A stretch of DNA of 63,580 nt, filler included, from Folioceros fuciformis (lineage: Eukaryota), in NCBI GenBank assembly GCA_049999805.1. It is 8 parts of 8 records of this genome, joined end to end, with 100 filler letters (N's around TTAATTAATTAA, not from the genome) between each part and the next. Parts side by side here need not be neighbours in the genome. Positions count along the whole stretch, not along the records: positions 59,147 to 61,704 come from JBNGIO010001006.1; positions 61,805 to 63,580 come from JBNGIO010001035.1; 6 more parts are not named here. One strand, 5' to 3'. The stretch's first letter is position 1. The number at the start of each line of letters is the position of its first letter. Of this stretch, positions 60,041-63,580 are shown one piece after another. Made by a program: the position numbers and the translations under genes. The notes beneath the pieces were generated by a model. The model ran no database searches, was not told the origin of the DNA, and worked only from the letters and a program-made list of their open reading frames with translations.

Positions 60041-60809
60041 TTTGCTCCTTCACCTTCAGCATGGAAGCGCTCCCCACTTGATGTTCCTGGTACCTAGCTT
60101 CCACTCGCATTTCCTTCCACATCCAGCTTAACAAGGTTACCGTGCAAGATTGTGCTCTTCGCATTCCGCTTCATAGGTGTTGTTTTCCGAATCACTGGCT
60201 TGAAAGGTGATTGTAAGCGCAATGGGCTTGTTGAAGTGTGGATGTCGTCGAGAAGACTAACGCATACAGGCGACGCTCGAAAGTCGATGTCGGTACCTTC
60301 TGAATCATCGACTACAAAGCATCATGACGCGAACAGAGAACTCTAACATAGACTTCCAACTAGAACACACGAATGCCCTTCGCAAACCGAATTCCTCGCC
60401 TACCTTGAGAGTTGAACTCCGCTGTTGTCATCGCCACCATCTCGCGTGAGGAAGAAGCCTGCCAATCCATGCCAATGTCTCAAGGATTGCTTGCAAATGA
60501 CCTTCCTTACAGGATGCAAGCTAACGTCACTCGAAGTTTGATTGAAGACAAAGTTACACTGGCATAATTAAGCCACCACTTGCATATGAACGTTTGATCA
60601 CGATAACAAATAGCGGTTGTTGGTTTGAAACGACACCTACAATCGTTGATGTGGCATAAATGCTGGAGACGTAGTTCAAACACCCTTGCTATTTCAGGTT
60701 ACAAAAATTCAACTTCACATTTGACTTCAAATCTCATCGTTCAATGCTTAAGGCATTCTTCTGTCCTTCGGGATCAGACCAGGTTTTTTGAAGTTCCATT
60801 GTTCACAAG

Positions 60810-61493
60810 CTCTCCAGCGCAATCGAAATGGAGAAGGTTCCATACTCATCAGCTGTAGGGAGTTTGATGTATGCAATGATTGCTACACATCTTGACATTG
60901 CCTTTGCAGTGGGAGTGGTTAGCAGGTTTATGTCAAACCCTGGCAAGAAGCATTGAGAGGCAGTGAAAGGAGTTATGAAGTACTTGAATGGTACGAACGC
61001 TTTGTGCATATGTTTTGGTAGTGAAGATGCATCTATCGTGGGATATACGGATGCTGATTTTGCCGGGGATATGGACAAAAGGAGGTCCACATCAGGTTAT
61101 GTATTCATGTGCATTGGAGGGGCAGTCTCATGGCGATCTCGTTTGCAATCGTGCATAACGCTATCTACCACAGAGGCCGAGTATGTTGCAGCGACTGAGG
61201 CGTGCAAGGAAGCCATGTGGCTTGCTCGTTTAGTGGGAGCTTTGGGGATCAAGGTTGAGCTGCCAGTGTTGCATTGTGATAGCCAGAGTGCTATCCAATT
61301 GGCAAAGAATCCAGTGTTTCATGTGAAGACCAAACATGTGGAAGTGAAGTATCACTTCATTCGAGAGGTGTTGGAAGACAAGAGGGTACAACTTGTCAAA
61401 GTTCACACTAGTCAGAACCCTGCAGATGTTCTTACCAAGGGGCTCTCTACGGAGCAATTCGCACAAGCTCGGACACTCATAGGCATAAGGTAG
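60810..61493 (+). mobile_element. Ty1/copia pol fragment (RT C-terminus + RNase H), pseudogenised
   Basis: VPYSSAVGSLMYAM, GYTDADFAGDMDKRRSTSGYVF, LSTTEAEY, CDSQSAI, KTKHVEVKYHFIRE, NPADVLTK. In-frame TGA at 60954 replaces a conserved Trp. Confidence 0.95.
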
Positions 61494-61704
61494 ATGTGGA
61501 GGCAAAAGCCCGGGCACTGATTGCCAACGGGTTCCACCTTTAGTGGCCACACTTATCCCACTGTCATTGAGACATTGGGTTTCATTCCCACGAAGGAGCG
61601 ATGGGGTTCCTTGCTGTTGTGGATGGAGGGTCGGACTTGATCGACTCGATGACGGATTCGAGGGCTCCCCTCCAGCTCCGATCAGGCGTAGGACAGGCCT
61701 CGCT

Positions 61705-61804
61705 NNNNNNNNNNNNNNNNNNNNNNNNNNNNNNNNNNNNNNNNNNNNTTAATTAATTAANNNNNNNNNNNNNNNNNNNNNNNNNNNNNNNNNNNNNNNN
61801 NNNN
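61705..61804. other. Artificial contig linker
   Basis: N44-TTAATTAATTAA-N44. Confidence 0.99.
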
Positions 61805-63580
61805 CAAAACAAGCTAGCGCCTTGCGACCTTCATCACAAGCACCATACCCAGCAATCAGGGCATTCCATGTCACCACATCTTTAGTGGCCATGCTGTCAA
61901 AAACCTGGCGTGCATCTTCCACCTCACCACATTTTGCATACATGTCCACCAGGCAGGTGCCCACCACTCCATTATCCAGCAGTTCTCTTTCGACAATCTG
62001 TGAGTGCAGCTTCCTGCCCTTCTGCAAGGCACCACTGCTTGCACACGCCTTCAGAAGGCAAGCAGAAGTAACATCATTAGCCAAAATGAGGCCTGCCTTC
62101 TCCATCTGTTCATACACAACAAGGGCCTCTTGGCCGAGTCCTTGCTGTGCATACCCAGCAATCAGGGCCGTCCATGTCACCACATCCTTCGAGGCCATGG
62201 TGTCAAAAACCTGGCGTGCATATTCAAGCTCACCACATTTTGCATACATGTCCACCAGGCACGTTCCCACAACTACATCATCCAGCAGACCTCTGTGGAC
62301 AATTTGTGAGTGAAGCTTCCTGCCCTTCTGCAAGGCACCAGTGCTTCCACACGCCTTCAGAAGGCAACCAAAAGTAACACCATTAGCCAAAACGAAGCCT
62401 CCCTCCTCCATCTGTCCATACACAACAAGCGCCTCTTGGCCGAATCCTTGCTGTGCATACCCATCGATCATGGCTGTCCATGTCACCACATCCTTGGAGG
62501 CCAAGCCATCGAAAACCTGGCGGGCATCTTCCAGCTCACCACATTTTGCATACATGTCCACCAGGCTGTTTCCCACAACTATATTATCCAGCAGTTCTCT
62601 GTGGACAATCAGTGAGTGAAGCTCCCTACCCTTCTGCAAGGCACCAGTGCTTGCACACGCCTTCAGAAGGCAAGCAAAAGTAACACAGTCAGCAAAAACG
62701 AGGCCCGCCTCCTCCATTTCTGCATATACAACAAGCGCCTCTTGGCCGAGTCCTTGCTGTGCATACCCTGCAATCAGGGCATTCCAAGTCACCACATCCT
62801 TCGTGTCCATGCTGTCAAAAACCTGGCGGGCATCTTCCAGCTCACCACACTTCGCATACATGTCCACCAGGCAAGTTCCCACCACTACATCATCCAACAG
62901 ACCTCTGTGGACAATCTGTGAGTGAAGCTCCCTGCCCTTCTGTAAAGCACCAGTGCTTGCACACGCCTTAAGAACGCAGGAAAAAGTAACCCGGTCAGCC
63001 ACCACGAGGCCCGCCTCCTCCATTTGTCCATACACAACAAGTGCCTCTTGCCCGAGTCCTTGCTGTACATACCCAGCGATCAGGGCCGTCCATGTCACCA
63101 CATTCTTCGTCTTCATACTATCAAAAACCTGGCGTGCATCTTTCATTCGGCCACATTTTGCATACATGTCCACCAAGCAGCCGTTAACAAACAAGTCAGA
63201 ACGGAAGCCACTGCGCAACACGTCGCGGTGCACTGTTCTGCCAGATTCTAAGTCGGCAGCAAATGCACAAGCTTGAAGGGCGGCTACAAAGACATAACCA
63301 TTCGCCTTCACTTCTGACCTACGCATTTCATGGTATAGTTGTATGGCCTCCTTCGGCTTCCCGTGCTTAGCATGTGCAGAGATTATGGAAACCCACATGA
63401 AGACATTCGGTTTCCCTACCCTGTTGAACACATCCACCGCCTCCTTTAGCCTACCTCCACATGCATACATGCGCAAGATATGGTTCCCCAAATATGCATT
63501 CGACTCGTACCCAAGCTTGACAGTGAGATCATGAACTCGTCGCCCCACCACCAAATCCTTCTTAGCTGCACAGAGTTTTA
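61805..63580 (-). CDS. PLS-class PPR protein, partial at both ends; close paralog of the GRP-type gene at 32272
   Basis: Open frame across the whole contig with 306-bp P-L-S units. Shares KKDLVVGRRVH, ALQACAFAADLESGR and the P2 start GYG.CD.G..ALACF with 32272..35892. Confidence 0.93.

Noticed and set aside
60954-60956. In-frame TGA in copia pol as a U-to-C editable or read-through stop
   Set aside because: Nuclear TE fragment with an ordinary TGG-to-TGA decay mutation; U-to-C editing would give Arg, not the conserved Trp.

Overview
This is eukaryotic land-plant nuclear DNA, not prokaryotic. Eight separate contigs are joined by seven artificial 100-nt linkers (N44-TTAATTAATTAA-N44), so adjacency across a linker is not biological. 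Several features point to a hornwort, with a fern or lycophyte less likely: short (~55-110 nt) introns, tight gene packing, a kintoun/DNAAF2 axonemal-dynein assembly gene, an LL-type PPR motif and DYW:KP domains ending GRP/DEH. The main feature is a set of five PLS-class PPR RNA-editing-factor genes. Three complete ones carry the non-canonical DYW:KP (HAEKLA) domain associated with reverse U-to-C organellar editing, ending DFN, DEH and GRP. The GRP protein also has an N-terminal OSB-type PDF motif. A truncated close paralog of the GRP gene has a re-coded repeat array. The fifth is a PG-box E+ protein lacking the catalytic DYW core. Other genes: LCBK2-like kinase (12 exons, fragmented in the ORF track), AT-hook protein, RPS23, F-box protein, TFIIE-beta, PHD-finger protein, group-IVb CNGC, kintoun and a GT37 fucosyltransferase. 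Intergenic DNA holds RLE-type non-LTR retroelement remnants, a copia fragment, an LTR with PPT, a TIR/MITE family, a decayed DNA transposase and many tandem duplications. All assignments are by eye from motifs; no searches were run.
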